Shown: positions 11,834 to 22,227, counted from the stretch's first letter. The stretch: 64,000 bases of DNA from an uncultured cyanobacterium (GCA_963749915.1 CAVVOP010000005.1:416001-480000), one strand, 5' to 3'. The notes: generated by a model from the letters alone, not told the origin. Made by a program: numbers and translations.

Positions 11834-11934
11834 TTAACAAATTTACAAGTACGGAAAAAAATCAGGATAGAATAGGGTAATATTCTTTGCCTTTTTGTTC
11901 CATTCTTCCCTCATTTAGGAGATAATTACAAAAG

Positions 11935-12432
11935 ATGTCCAACCCTAACTCTCAGTTAATGAAAAAACCGGATCTCAGCGATCCAAAATTAAGAGCAAAA
12001 TTAGCTCAAAACATGGGTCATCACTACTATGGTGAACTTGCGTGGCCTAACGATATTCTCTATATGTTCCCTGTTTGTATTTTGGGTATATTAGGTTTAG
12101 TCGTCGGTTTAGCAATTCTCGATCCAGCGATGATAGGAGAACCGGCTGATCCGTTTGCTACACCTTTGGAAATCCTACCTGAGTGGTATTTATACCCAGT
12201 ATTCCAAATTTTACGGGTTTTACCTAACAAACTTTTAGGTATTGCTTGTCAAGGTGCCATTCCTTTAGGTTTAATGTTAGTGCCTTTCATCGAAAGTGTT
12301 AACAAGTTCCAAAATCCTTTCCGTCGCCCCATTGCGATGACTGTGTTTTTATTTGGTACTTTAGTCACTCTTTGGTTAGGTGCAGGATCTGTATTCCCCA
12401 TTGATAAGTCTTTAACTTTGGGTTTATTCTAA
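11935..12432 (+). CDS. petD: Cytochrome b6f subunit IV
   Basis: [22 protein letters not shown] and FQNPFRRP motifs. Confidence 0.99.
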   Translation: MSNPNSQLMKKPDLSDPKLRAKLAQNMGHHYYGELAWPNDILYMFPVCILGILGLVVGLAILDPAMIGEPADPFATPLEILPEWYLYPVFQILRVLPNKLLGIACQGAIPLGLMLVPFIESVNKFQNPFRRPIAMTVFLFGTLVTLWLGAGSVFPIDKSLTLGLF

Positions 12433-12469
12433 TTTTTGATTTACAAGTCAAAATTTACAAGATTAATTG

Positions 12470-12521
12470 TCTGTGATGGCTTTTAGACTCTTCTCGTGAT
12501 GAGTTTGAAGGCGATCGCAGA
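12470..12521. terminator. Long imperfect hairpin between convergent petD and amidohydrolase genes
   Basis: TCTGTGATGGCTTTTAGACTC pairs with GAGTTTGAAGGCGATCGCAGA (G-U pairs, one mismatch). Confidence 0.55.
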
Positions 12522-12534
12522 CCTTATTTATTCC

Positions 12535-13752
12535 CTAAACAAAACCGGTAAATTTTTCGACGCAACGGGCAAAGATTTCCACCCCTAAACTTAAAGCAGT
12601 CTCATCAAAGTCAAAACGAGGATGATGATGAGGATAGTTGAAACCTTTTTGAGCATTGGCTGACCCTAAAAAGAAATAACAGCCAGGAACTTCTTGTAAG
12701 AAAAATGACATATCTTCCCCTCCCATAGTTTGACATTCTGGTACAACTTCTATGGGGGTTTCTACCACTTCTAAGGCTACAGATTTGACTAATTGAGTGA
12801 TTCTCGGATGGTTGATAACGGCAGGGTAAAGTCGCCAATAATCCAGGTGATATTTTGCACCATGGCTTTGACAAATTCCAGCGATAATACCTTCTATTCT
12901 CTCACCGATATATTTTTCCAAAGTAGGATTAAAGTAACGGACTGTGCCGCTCATTTTGGCTGTATCGGCGATGACGTTTAAAGCTGTGCCACTATGAAAT
13001 GTTCCCACTGTAACTACTGCGGAATCGAGAGGAGAAATGTTACGAGAAACGATAGTCTGTAAAGCGTTGACTATTTGCATCCCTACCATAATAGAATCAA
13101 TGGTTTGGTGAGGCATTGCTCCATGACCGCCTTTACCGAATATTTCACATTGAAAACATTCTACCGCCGCCATTAATGCACCTTCTCTGACTCCTATGGT
13201 GCCTAACGGTAAATTATTCCACAAATGTAGGCCGATAATAGCGTCAATATCGGGATTTTTTAACACCCCTTCTTCTATCATCGGTTTTGCACCGCCGGGT
13301 CCTTCTTCGGCTGGTTGGAATATAATTTTTACCGTACCTTGAAATTGATCTCGGTGATGTGCTAGGTAATAAGCTATGCCCAAAGCGATGGCCGTGTGTC
13401 CATCATGTCCACAGGCATGCATTAATCCATCATGTTTTGAACAGTAAGACACTTGATTTTCTTCTTGAATGGGTAAAGCATCCATATCCGCACGAATGGC
13501 TAACACTTTTCCGTAGTGGTTACTTTGGATGGTCGCCACAATGCCAGTTTTTGCCACTTGAGTTTCATATTCGATACCCCAATCGCTCAATTTTTCGGCA
13601 ATAAAATCGGCGGTTAACACTTCAAAGAAGCCTAATTCTGGATACTGGTGTATTCTGCGTCGCCAATGGACTAATTGAGGTTGTAATTGGGCGATGGCAG
13701 GGCGAATTTCAGAGAATTTAAAGGAGTAGTCTAAGGTGCTGCTAGTAAACAT
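12535..13752 (-). CDS. M20-family amidohydrolase (N-acyl-L-amino acid amidohydrolase)
   Basis: RADMDALPI, MHACGHDGH, FQPAEE, GGEDMS and HHHPRF motifs. Confidence 0.93.
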   Translation of the reverse strand: MFTSSTLDYSFKFSEIRPAIAQLQPQLVHWRRRIHQYPELGFFEVLTADFIAEKLSDWGIEYETQVAKTGIVATIQSNHYGKVLAIRADMDALPIQEENQVSYCSKHDGLMHACGHDGHTAIALGIAYYLAHHRDQFQGTVKIIFQPAEEGPGGAKPMIEEGVLKNPDIDAIIGLHLWNNLPLGTIGVREGALMAAVECFQCEIFGKGGHGAMPHQTIDSIMVGMQIVNALQTIVSRNISPLDSAVVTVGTFHSGTALNVIADTAKMSGTVRYFNPTLEKYIGERIEGIIAGICQSHGAKYHLDYWRLYPAVINHPRITQLVKSVALEVVETPIEVVPECQTMGGEDMSFFLQEVPGCYFFLGSANAQKGFNYPHHHPRFDFDETALSLGVEIFARCVEKFTGFV

Positions 13753-13775
13753 AATAACAATGAACAGTGTACAAT

Positions 13776-14486
13776 TTAATTAATAGTGCCATCAGGCATA
13801 ATTGCACCGTGCAAGTCTGCATCTTTTAAGATTGTACCTGTAAGATCAGCACCTTGTAGATTTGCCTTAACTAATATTGCCCCCGTCAAATCAGCATAGC
13901 TTAAATCTGCCCCTTGGAAACTTGCTTGTGTCAAGTCTGTAACAAGGTTGTTATATCTGTTCCCCATGCCCAAATTTGCCCGACAGAGTCTTGCACCATC
14001 TAAGTTAGCCTCGTATAATAAGGCCTGACAAAGATTAGCGTAACTTAAATCAGCATGGCTTAAATTTGCTCGGGTAAGGTTAGTAGGTTGATCGGAGTTA
14101 GGACGAAAATCGGCATCGATAATGACACTATAAGACAAGTTAGCATGGGTTAAATTAGCACCGCAGAAAATGGCTTTAATTAAATTTGCCTTTTCTAAGT
14201 TTGTTTTTATCAGTTTAGCACTACTTAAATCTGCATCTCGTAACAAAATTTTAGACAAAATAGCTTCACTTAAATCTGTACCCCATAAAATAGCCTCACT
14301 CAAATCCGCTTCAGTAAAATTAGCGTTGCGAAAATTTGTACGCCCTAATCTGGCTTGTCGTAAGTCACTGCGGGAAAAATTAGCAGATGACAGATTTTCT
14401 TTGAGAATTTCTGCTTCTGTGAGTTTCACTTGTTTAAAGTTTCTTTCCCCTTGATTATATGCCGCCAGTATTTGTTCTATTTTCAT
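13776..14486 (-). CDS. Pentapeptide repeat protein
   Basis: A(D/N)Lxx repeats throughout; YNQGERNF start and MPDGT end. Confidence 0.93.
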   Translation of the reverse strand: MKIEQILAAYNQGERNFKQVKLTEAEILKENLSSANFSRSDLRQARLGRTNFRNANFTEADLSEAILWGTDLSEAILSKILLRDADLSSAKLIKTNLEKANLIKAIFCGANLTHANLSYSVIIDADFRPNSDQPTNLTRANLSHADLSYANLCQALLYEANLDGARLCRANLGMGNRYNNLVTDLTQASFQGADLSYADLTGAILVKANLQGADLTGTILKDADLHGAIMPDGTIN

Positions 14487-14614
14487 ATTGATTTAAGTTA
14501 AAATCGCGATCAACTATTTTTTGATAATCTACTTATCTTCACTTAATAATTGACATTTTTTTGTTTTTTTTGACCACAGGATAAATCTTTTCTAGGCGAT
14601 CGCACTTACTATTG

Positions 14615-15400
14615 TTATAGCGTTGTTTCGGATTTGAGCATTCTACCATAACACAGCCATCCCAAAAATATCATAGCGATCGCAAAAATAACTAAAAAGA
14701 AAAAATGACCTTGAATATCAGCAAAGGATTTACCTTTACCCCACACCTCAATTAAAGCCTCATTCATGTGAAAAATAGGATTAAATTGAGCAATTTGCAG
14801 GAGTTTTTCAGGGAATAAAGAACTAGGAAAAAAAGTGCCACCAATAATTAATAACGGTACGCCAAAAGTAGCCACAATCGCATTAACATCTTCTGTTCTT
14901 TTTGCTAATTGAGTGCCGAAAATAAAACCTAAACCGACATAGCTAATGATACTTAAAAGAATAATCATTAAACCTAAAATAATTGATCCTGAAATAGATT
15001 TCCCAGTGAACAAAAGTAAGCTATAAACTAACCCATAAACTAAGATAGTTTGTAAAATGCCGATAAAACAATGGGCGAAAAAAATACCTAAAAAATAAGA
15101 AACCCCATGAAGGGGAGAAACAAATAAACGTTTGAGAGTTTTTTGTTCCCTTTCTGCTACGATAGTGGCAACAGTACCCCCTAAACAACTAAAAAATAAA
15201 GCCGCCCCCACAAGACTAGAAGGGGCAGATATTTTCATCGCTAAAATGCTAGTTATTTTTGCCCGTTCTGCGATAATATAACTATTGATTAACAAGATAA
15301 AAATAGGAAAAATCATCCAAAAAATTAGACTTCTTTTCCTAGTAATTAATTCTTGCAGAATTCTTTGAGTGACAGCTAAAATTTGATGCCAATATTGCAT
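14615..15400 (-). CDS. ABC-2 type transporter permease
   Basis: VAEREQKTLKRL, GGTFFP and NPIFHM motifs; about six TM segments. Confidence 0.88.
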   Translation of the reverse strand: MQYWHQILAVTQRILQELITRKRSLIFWMIFPIFILLINSYIIAERAKITSILAMKISAPSSLVGAALFFSCLGGTVATIVAEREQKTLKRLFVSPLHGVSYFLGIFFAHCFIGILQTILVYGLVYSLLLFTGKSISGSIILGLMIILLSIISYVGLGFIFGTQLAKRTEDVNAIVATFGVPLLIIGGTFFPSSLFPEKLLQIAQFNPIFHMNEALIEVWGKGKSFADIQGHFFFLVIFAIAMIFLGWLCYGRMLKSETTL

Positions 15401-15421
15401 TATTTGTTAACAAAAAAGTAT

Positions 15422-15458
15422 TTATCACTTATTACTTATTACTTATTACTTATTACTT
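15422..15458 (+). repeat. Heptameric tandem repeat (TTATTAC)n, STRR-like
   Basis: TTATCAC followed by TTATTAC x4. Confidence 0.85.
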
Positions 15459-15486
15459 TTCCCTCCCTCCCAACTCTGAAATTTTG

Positions 15487-16824
15487 TTAAGATTCGTTCA
15501 TATTTTTATAAGTGGCTACGGCGGAAGGAGAAATACGGTTGAGGTAACGGAAAATCCAATACTTTAAGACCGTATCTAAAATAACGGGAAAAGTGGCGAT
15601 AAATAAGAAGTTAAAATCTCGATTTTCTGGTAAGCCAAAATGGCGGGTAATGCCTTCTAAGAGAATTTCCCAACCATGAGGGGAGTGGTAACCCACAAAG
15701 ATATCAGTAAAAAGAATGATTAAAAAAGCCTTAGCAGAATCACTTAAACCATAAACTGTTTCGTCAATAAAAGACTTTAAAATTTCTAACTCTCGTTTAC
15801 TATAAATAAGTATTAATCCAAAGGCAGTAAAAGAGAAAATATCGGCAAAAATATTTTTAATAGCATTAGAACCCCTATTACGATATTCATTGGCTAATTC
15901 TTCCGCTTTTACCTTTATTTTTTCTTCTTTTTCCTCTTGAGATAGAGGGGGTATTAAACCGATCATCCGTTTAAGACTAAGATTTTCTTCAAAGGTTTTT
16001 AATTCTGTCAACGCTTCTTCTTGTAAGTCTTGATTAATGAATACTATTTGTTCATGTTGGGCAAAATAAGGATCGATAAATACTTTTCCTAACGCAATTT
16101 TAGCGAGATTATGAACTAATAAAGGCACAATAATTAACAGCAATAAAAATTTAACAGATATAGCCGTTTTATATCTTGATTTTCTAAATTTATTAATGAC
16201 ATTTTTTTCTGTTTGTACTACTTCAGGATCGATTTCCTGTTTAATTCTGTCCAAAGTTCGTAAAAAAGAGCGGGGCAAAACACTAGTTTTATCAGAGATT
16301 GTTTCGGTATTAGGTTCAAGATTATTGCTGGAATTATTTGTTTTTGCCATTGATGGCGATTTAACAGAATTACCATTATTAGGAGCTGATTTTTCTCCAT
16401 TATTGGCAATATTTTGTTTTTTCACTTCAATTAATTTTACTGACGTTTCATAATTATTATTATATTTATTAATAACTTGATCAATAAAGTTTAATCTTTC
16501 TACTACTAAATCTTGCCTATAAGTATTTTCTGTTTGATTATATCCTTGTTTACGGTTATTTTCTAAAAAATTATGTACTGATTTACTGGTTTTAAATTGA
16601 CTAATTTTCAGATCAATAATTCGTAAATTAGAACGTAATTCTCCATCAAAATAGGCAAAAACTTTATCCCCATAATTACAATTTTGTAGATCAATTTTTT
16701 GACCTCCAAAATGTTCTTCCTCAATTTTTTTTATAGCTAATGCTCTTTGATATGCTTCTTCTAAAGCATTTTGAGAACTATTACCAATCCAGCGTTTAGT
16801 AGAACGGAAGATATGATTAAACAT
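15487..16824 (-). CDS. pxcA: Proton extrusion protein PxcA (CemA family)
   Basis: GLSDSAKAFLIILFTDIFVGYHSPHGWE and ATFPVILDTVLKYWIFRYLNRISPS. Confidence 0.96.
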   Translation of the reverse strand: MFNHIFRSTKRWIGNSSQNALEEAYQRALAIKKIEEEHFGGQKIDLQNCNYGDKVFAYFDGELRSNLRIIDLKISQFKTSKSVHNFLENNRKQGYNQTENTYRQDLVVERLNFIDQVINKYNNNYETSVKLIEVKKQNIANNGEKSAPNNGNSVKSPSMAKTNNSSNNLEPNTETISDKTSVLPRSFLRTLDRIKQEIDPEVVQTEKNVINKFRKSRYKTAISVKFLLLLIIVPLLVHNLAKIALGKVFIDPYFAQHEQIVFINQDLQEEALTELKTFEENLSLKRMIGLIPPLSQEEKEEKIKVKAEELANEYRNRGSNAIKNIFADIFSFTAFGLILIYSKRELEILKSFIDETVYGLSDSAKAFLIILFTDIFVGYHSPHGWEILLEGITRHFGLPENRDFNFLFIATFPVILDTVLKYWIFRYLNRISPSAVATYKNMNES

Positions 16825-16948
16825 GGAATGCCAAGTAAAATAACATGATTAAACCAACATTTTATCTCAATAATCTGACAATAATGAGTAATTAACCGTT
16901 TATTGCCTTAAATTGATTTAAATTTCAGTTTTTGAAGATGTGTAATAA

Positions 16949-17203
16949 TTATAGCTTTGCCCTTAGACAAAACTGATAGTCTCCTCCTACTTCTAATTGA
17001 TAATCATATCTTTCCAAAAAACGACATAAAGGCTCTTGAATTAAACTACGACCCAAACCTGGTTTAACAGATAACTTTCCTTGACGAAAATGCCACAAAA
17101 AAAACCATTGATAATCCCCAGCATTGACTTTTCCTTCTATGTGTCCTTTTTGCCAACACTGGTTCGTAATTGTTACTTCTGCAAGAGTTTGTGGTAATGA
17201 CAT
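16949..17203 (-). CDS. Conserved small cyanobacterial protein (DUF3146-like)
   Basis: LPQT.AEV.I..Q.W and GRSLIQEPL.RFLE..DYQLE.GGDY motifs. Confidence 0.8.
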   Translation of the reverse strand: MSLPQTLAEVTITNQCWQKGHIEGKVNAGDYQWFFLWHFRQGKLSVKPGLGRSLIQEPLCRFLERYDYQLEVGGDYQFCLRAKL

Positions 17204-17219
17204 GACTAGAAGAGTTTAT

Positions 17220-17999
17220 TTACGGAAGAAGTAATTTAAACAACAAAGGAGCAACAGAATTGACTATTTGTATAAATGCAGGACTTCCTTGATTTCCGTC
17301 CTTGGCTTCCGCATCAGTACGTGCTTTCACTAACTGTAGAAAACGGTTGGATAATACATAACCATCGGGATTATTTTGTGTTTTAAATAATTCTTCGGCT
17401 TTTTCTCCGTCTTTGATAGCGGTGTTAGTCTGTCCATAACGAGACTTAATAATTGCTCTGCCTAAGTAGGCTTGAGCGAAATCAGGATTCATTTCGATGG
17501 CTTGAGAATAATATTTAGCCGCCATCTGATAATTTCCTTCTTTGTCTTCGGAAACAGCCCATAAGTAAAATTGTTCTGCATTGCCCGCAGTGGCAGGAAT
17601 ACCCATAACTCCCTCTATGTGAGCGGTGGAAATGTCCGTATTATTTAGGATAATTCCTTGAACATAAGCATTTCTGAAATCACTACTATTCAATATCGCC
17701 CCGGTAAGATTTGCCCCGGTAAGATTCGCCCCATGAAAAGATGCCCCACTCAAATTGGCATTACTTAAATCCGCCCCCGTCAAATTAGCACGACTTAAAT
17801 TTGCACCCACGAGATTCGCCCCCCGTAAATTCGCCCCAGTTAAATTAGTCATAACTAAACCAGCTTGAGATAAATCACAATTTTCGCACTGTTTTGTATT
17901 TAATAATTGAGTTAACTGAGCTACATTTTCGGCACTGACGGGGAGAGGAAGAAGAACACTTGTCAATAAAGTTGAAAACAGAATAGTTAGTTTGGTCAT
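17220..17999 (-). CDS. Exported pentapeptide repeat plus TPR protein
   Basis: Signal peptide, QLLNTKQCENCDL, pentapeptide repeats and TPR (YSQAIEMNPDFAQAY). ATG 17999 preferred. Confidence 0.88.
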   Translation of the reverse strand: MTKLTILFSTLLTSVLLPLPVSAENVAQLTQLLNTKQCENCDLSQAGLVMTNLTGANLRGANLVGANLSRANLTGADLSNANLSGASFHGANLTGANLTGAILNSSDFRNAYVQGIILNNTDISTAHIEGVMGIPATAGNAEQFYLWAVSEDKEGNYQMAAKYYSQAIEMNPDFAQAYLGRAIIKSRYGQTNTAIKDGEKAEELFKTQNNPDGYVLSNRFLQLVKARTDAEAKDGNQGSPAFIQIVNSVAPLLFKLLLP

Positions 18000-18244
18000 A
18001 AAAATTTTTCGGCAAAATAATGGCAAAACAATTTGATCTATTGTACAAAATTATTTCTTATTAGTGATAAGTTTCTTTTAAAAAATAATTATACATTAGA
18101 CCTAGACTTTATTTGCTCATACTTTTGTTCTATATTTTTGATAAAAATTGATATTTATTAAAATTAATTAATATTTGAATTTAACGAGACTTTAAGTTAG
18201 AATGATATCGTCATAACCATATAGTCTTCTGTTAAGTTTACATT

Positions 18245-18907
18245 ATGTCCCTACAAATTCTCGTAACCGACGATGATCTTACCATTAGACGATTAATCAA
18301 AGACTGTTTGGAATTACATGGTTACTCCGTAATTCTAGCCTCTGATGGTCAACAAGCACTCTCTTTAGCCCATAGATATCATCCTCATCTTTTAATTTCT
18401 GACATTAAAATGCCCCATAAAGACGGTTATAGTTTAGTGAAGGAATTGCGACAAAATCCCCATTTCCGTTTATTGCCCGTTGTTTTTTTAACCAATAAAC
18501 ATTCCACTGAGGATAAAATCAGTGGTTATCAAGCAGGATGTGATATCTATTTAGCTAAACCTTTTCAACCCGAAGAACTATCTGCTATCGTACGTCATTT
18601 ATTAGAGCGATCGCAAATTATTCAGTCGGAATTATTATTTACAGAAATTGGGAACATTCATCCTCAGAAAGATCTTTCTTTAATCAGTAATGATTACGAT
18701 ATATCAAGGAATAATATTCATTTTACCAATCGAGAGGAAGAAGTTTTACATCTATTAATCAAAGGTTTATCGAATTTAAAAATAGCAGAAGAATTATATT
18801 TAAGTCCTAAAACTGTAGAAAAATACGTAGCTAGTTTATTGAAAAAAACTAATTCCGCTAATCGCACGGAGCTGGTAAGTTTTGTTTTAATTAATAAAAT
18901 AGTATAA
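18245..18907 (+). CDS. NarL/LuxR-family response regulator
   Basis: Receiver DD...D.KMP..DG...KPF; HTH FTNREEEVL...GLSN..IAE.L..SPKTVEKY. Confidence 0.93.
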   Translation: MSLQILVTDDDLTIRRLIKDCLELHGYSVILASDGQQALSLAHRYHPHLLISDIKMPHKDGYSLVKELRQNPHFRLLPVVFLTNKHSTEDKISGYQAGCDIYLAKPFQPEELSAIVRHLLERSQIIQSELLFTEIGNIHPQKDLSLISNDYDISRNNIHFTNREEEVLHLLIKGLSNLKIAEELYLSPKTVEKYVASLLKKTNSANRTELVSFVLINKIV

Positions 18908-18928
18908 TATGGAAAATTTTTAGATTTA

Positions 18929-20302
18929 ATGAAACTTAAATATGATTTAGTTATTATTGGCGGCACAAAACAAGGTCTTTTAGCGGCAGAATATGGAACA
19001 AAATTAGGAGCCAGAGTTGCTTTAGTTATCAATAATAATTGTTTAACTCAAAATGATAATCAATTTTTTTCACTAGAATTTAAGGATGATTTATTAAATC
19101 TAGATAATTGCATTAATTTTAAAGATTTTTTAGCAGAAAAAAAAATACTATTTACTCAAAAATATTTGCCAGATTTAGAATTGTTGGGGGTCGATATAAT
19201 TATTAGTAGTTGTGAGTTTAATTGTCAAAAAAGACTAACTTTAGCAACAGAAAAAGATGAATTAGAATCTGTTTCTTACTTACTAGCTATGACATCTAAT
19301 CAACTCTTTAGTGAAGATATTTTAAGTAACAATAATAATATTTTAAGTATTAATGATTTAATTTCACGAAATAATTGGGACAATTTGCCAGAAAATTTGG
19401 TAATTGTAGGAAATTATATTTCAACAATTTACTTAGCAAATAAACTGGCCTACCTTGGTAAAAAAATAACTTTAATTACTGAAAATAGGCAACTTTTGCC
19501 TACAGAAGATGATGATATTTCTTTTCAAATGCAATTAACTTTAGAATCTCGGGAAGTTAAGATATATAATAAATCAAATATTAATGATTTTGATAATTTT
19601 AAGATAAATAATCTTATTGAAAATGATGCTAATTTCACTAATAGCCAAGTAGTAATCATTGACAATCATAAAATTTGTAATGAAGATAAATTAGGGTTAA
19701 AAAGAGTAGGTATTCAAGCTAAAAAGGCTAAAATATTTGTTAATAGTAAATTACAAACTAAACATTCTCAAATTTACGGTTGTGGTGATTTATTAGGTGG
19801 TTATAGTTTAGATAATATAACGGAATATGAAACAAAAATTGCCGTTAATAATTGTTTATTTTTTCCTTGGCAACAGGTAAATTATAATAATATTCCTTAT
19901 ACTTTGGTCACGAATCCCCCTATTAATCGAATCGGATATACTCAAAAACAAGCAGAATTATTATCAGGAAAAAAAGCTAAAGTTTTAACCTTACATTCTT
20001 ATGTAAGATCCTCCTTAAATTTTACACAAAATACGATATTTATTAAAATAATTTTAGATAAGAATAACTATATATTAGGTTTTCACAGCCTGGGGTTTGG
20101 AGTAGAAGAAATATTAGCAGGGATAACCCTACTTATGGAACAACAAAAACCCTTAAAGTATTTATTTAAACTTAAATTTAGCCAGCTAAACTCATTACAA
20201 ATTATTAAAGATATTCAACAAGCATGGTTGGAAAAAAATAAAAAACAAAATCAGATTATAATAGATTTAGCCACGACTTTCTTTATTTGGAAAAGGGAAT
20301 GA
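18929..20302 (+). CDS. Degenerate pyridine nucleotide-disulfide oxidoreductase (MerA/LpdA-like fold)
   Basis: YDLVIIGG, VN..LQT....IYGCGD and dimerisation-domain TNPPINRIGYT; glycine motifs and redox CxxxxC are missing. Confidence 0.75.
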   Translation: MKLKYDLVIIGGTKQGLLAAEYGTKLGARVALVINNNCLTQNDNQFFSLEFKDDLLNLDNCINFKDFLAEKKILFTQKYLPDLELLGVDIIISSCEFNCQKRLTLATEKDELESVSYLLAMTSNQLFSEDILSNNNNILSINDLISRNNWDNLPENLVIVGNYISTIYLANKLAYLGKKITLITENRQLLPTEDDDISFQMQLTLESREVKIYNKSNINDFDNFKINNLIENDANFTNSQVVIIDNHKICNEDKLGLKRVGIQAKKAKIFVNSKLQTKHSQIYGCGDLLGGYSLDNITEYETKIAVNNCLFFPWQQVNYNNIPYTLVTNPPINRIGYTQKQAELLSGKKAKVLTLHSYVRSSLNFTQNTIFIKIILDKNNYILGFHSLGFGVEEILAGITLLMEQQKPLKYLFKLKFSQLNSLQIIKDIQQAWLEKNKKQNQIIIDLATTFFIWKRE

Positions 20303-20309
20303 ATTAAGC

Positions 20310-20972
20310 ATGATTAATAAAATAAAAGACAAAGGTTATTTTATTGTTTTAGAAGGAATAGATGGTGCAGGAAGTACAACTCAAGCTGAGTTATTGCAAC
20401 AGTATTTTATCAAAAATAAAGAAAAAGCTGTTATTAGTCCTGAACCTTCTTCTAGTAAAATAGGAAAATTATTACGGGAATTTTTAGCCCATCAAAATCA
20501 TTTTATTAATCAAGATTTATTTGATCAACAAATGGCCTATTTATTCGCCGCAGATCGTCATTATCACCTGTATAATAATATTAATGGAGTACAAAAATTA
20601 ATCAACGAAAATACCCATGTGATTACTACTAGATATTATTTTTCTTCCTTTGCGTATAATGCTAAAACTGAGAAAGATTTTCAATTTGTTAGTTTATTAA
20701 ATCAAGATTTTCCTCCTCCAGATTTACTGATTTATCTTGATATTCCTGTAGATACAGCTTTAATTAGAATTAGGGATCGCATCGCCTTAGAAATTTATGA
20801 AACGAAAGAAAAATTAACCCAAGTAAAACACAATTTTGATACAATCATCGATAAATATAAGCATGCTTATTTAAGAATTGATGGTACATCCTCTAAAGAA
20901 GAAATACATAGAAAAATAGTAAATTTCTTTCATAAAGAAAGTAATGTTAACGGCTATTTCCCAACATCATAA
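20310..20972 (+). CDS. tmk: Thymidylate kinase
   Basis: FIVLEGIDGAGSTTQ, LFAADR, RYYFSSFAY and PDLLIYLD motifs. Confidence 0.9.
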   Translation: MINKIKDKGYFIVLEGIDGAGSTTQAELLQQYFIKNKEKAVISPEPSSSKIGKLLREFLAHQNHFINQDLFDQQMAYLFAADRHYHLYNNINGVQKLINENTHVITTRYYFSSFAYNAKTEKDFQFVSLLNQDFPPPDLLIYLDIPVDTALIRIRDRIALEIYETKEKLTQVKHNFDTIIDKYKHAYLRIDGTSSKEEIHRKIVNFFHKESNVNGYFPTS

Positions 20973-21124
20973 GTATTTATTCTTAATAGTAGTGGTAAAA
21001 GATCTTGAAAAATAATGGCACAAATTCTGATATATTCAACATGGGAAGCAATATTGACAATAATTTACTGTTTAAAGCCGAACACAAATTTTAAAATCAA
21101 CTTAGTATATATCAAGGGGGAAAT

Positions 21125-21499
21125 ATGGTATTCAATAAACTTTTTGGCAAGAAAGACGAAAGCTACTTTTTAGAAATTAACGCAAAAACAGAGAATCAAC
21201 CTTCCGCAGAAGTAACAGTAAATGAGGGAGATTCTACCGTCGTAGAAACATCAACCGTCAAAGGAAAAGAGGCCACTGTTGCCACTGCAGTTAAACCTAA
21301 ACCTGATGTCAGCTATGATGTCCCAGATTGGGTAAAAGCGATCAAAAATTATTCTAATCAAGGTAATAACAATACATCAGCTTCTGAAGGGAAAAATTTT
21401 GCGGGTAAGTATGTTAGTAACAGTGTCCCACAATCCCGTCGTCGTCCGGGGGGAAGTTTAGCCACCTTTAAAAAGATGGCGTCTAAAATCGGCAGGTAA
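21125..21499 (+). CDS. Conserved hypothetical protein
   Basis: SD-like AGGGGG upstream; YFLE N-terminus and C-terminal RRRPG motif recalled from cyanobacterial homologs. Confidence 0.7.
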   Translation: MVFNKLFGKKDESYFLEINAKTENQPSAEVTVNEGDSTVVETSTVKGKEATVATAVKPKPDVSYDVPDWVKAIKNYSNQGNNNTSASEGKNFAGKYVSNSVPQSRRRPGGSLATFKKMASKIGR

Positions 21500-21501
21500 A
21501 T

Positions 21502-21528
21502 AATTAACAATTAACAATTAACAATTAA
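21502..21528 (+). repeat. Heptameric tandem repeat (AATTAAC)n
   Basis: AATTAAC x3 plus a partial unit. The same unit occurs near 40955-40984 and inverted near 9264-9280 and 37078-37100. Confidence 0.85.
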
Positions 21529-21570
21529 GTTATTTTGGTCTAGGAATTATCAACTATCAATTATTTAAAA

Positions 21571-22110
21571 ATGTTTGATTCTTCATCACAAATTTTACTT
21601 AAAGATTTAGAATACATTCCTTATATAGATATAAACGGGGCTATCAATACAGAATTACAGGGGAAAATTGGAATTTATGCTATTTTCAATCACGAGAAAG
21701 TCCTAGAATATATTGGTTATTCTCGTAATTTATTTATGAGTTTAAAACAACATTTAGTTAGACAGCCAGATAAGTGTTATTGGTTCAAATTTTACTTGGT
21801 TAAGGGTCCTAGTCGCAGTGTTTTAGAGGAAATTCGTACTAATTGGTTAGCAGAAAATAAAGACTTACCCAAGGGTAATGCAGAAGAAGAAGTTTTATGG
21901 ACGCAACCTATCGATGCGAAACTAACTATGACCCAAGAGGATAGGGCAGAGTATGAGCAAAATGAGGAATTAGGAAAAATTAAATTACTAAAAAAAGTAG
22001 CTAGAAGGTTGGAAGAAAAAATAAAAGATAAACTTGAAAGTCGGCAAGTCAAGATGGAAATTCGCTTTAATCCGAAATTAAAAGAAGAAGGTTTACTAGA
22101 TTTGAAATAG
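21571..22110 (+). CDS. GIY-YIG nuclease-family protein
   Basis: GIYAIF...LEYIGYSRN...LKQH motif. Confidence 0.85.
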   Translation: MFDSSSQILLKDLEYIPYIDINGAINTELQGKIGIYAIFNHEKVLEYIGYSRNLFMSLKQHLVRQPDKCYWFKFYLVKGPSRSVLEEIRTNWLAENKDLPKGNAEEEVLWTQPIDAKLTMTQEDRAEYEQNEELGKIKLLKKVARRLEEKIKDKLESRQVKMEIRFNPKLKEEGLLDLK

Positions 22111-22227
22111 AAAGAGAAGAAGACGGAAGGACAAGAGGAAATAAAGAAAAAAACTTAATATTTGGCAGTTGACCAGTAGAATGGAGATAAATAATTCCAC
22201 ATATCTGATTAGATTAGATAAAAATTT

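Noticed and set aside
12437..12462. AAATTTACAAG after petD, matching part of the putative TnpB guide, with TTGAT nearby
   Set aside because: It is only an 11-nt AT-rich match and is out of register with the putative TAM and seed, so it is probably chance.
13776..18026. 15-bp periodicity within two genes
   Set aside because: Fully explained by pentapeptide repeat coding.
21571..22110. GIY-YIG gene as a homing endonuclease or defence gene
   Set aside because: It looks like the standalone conserved cyanobacterial family, with no intron, intein or island context.
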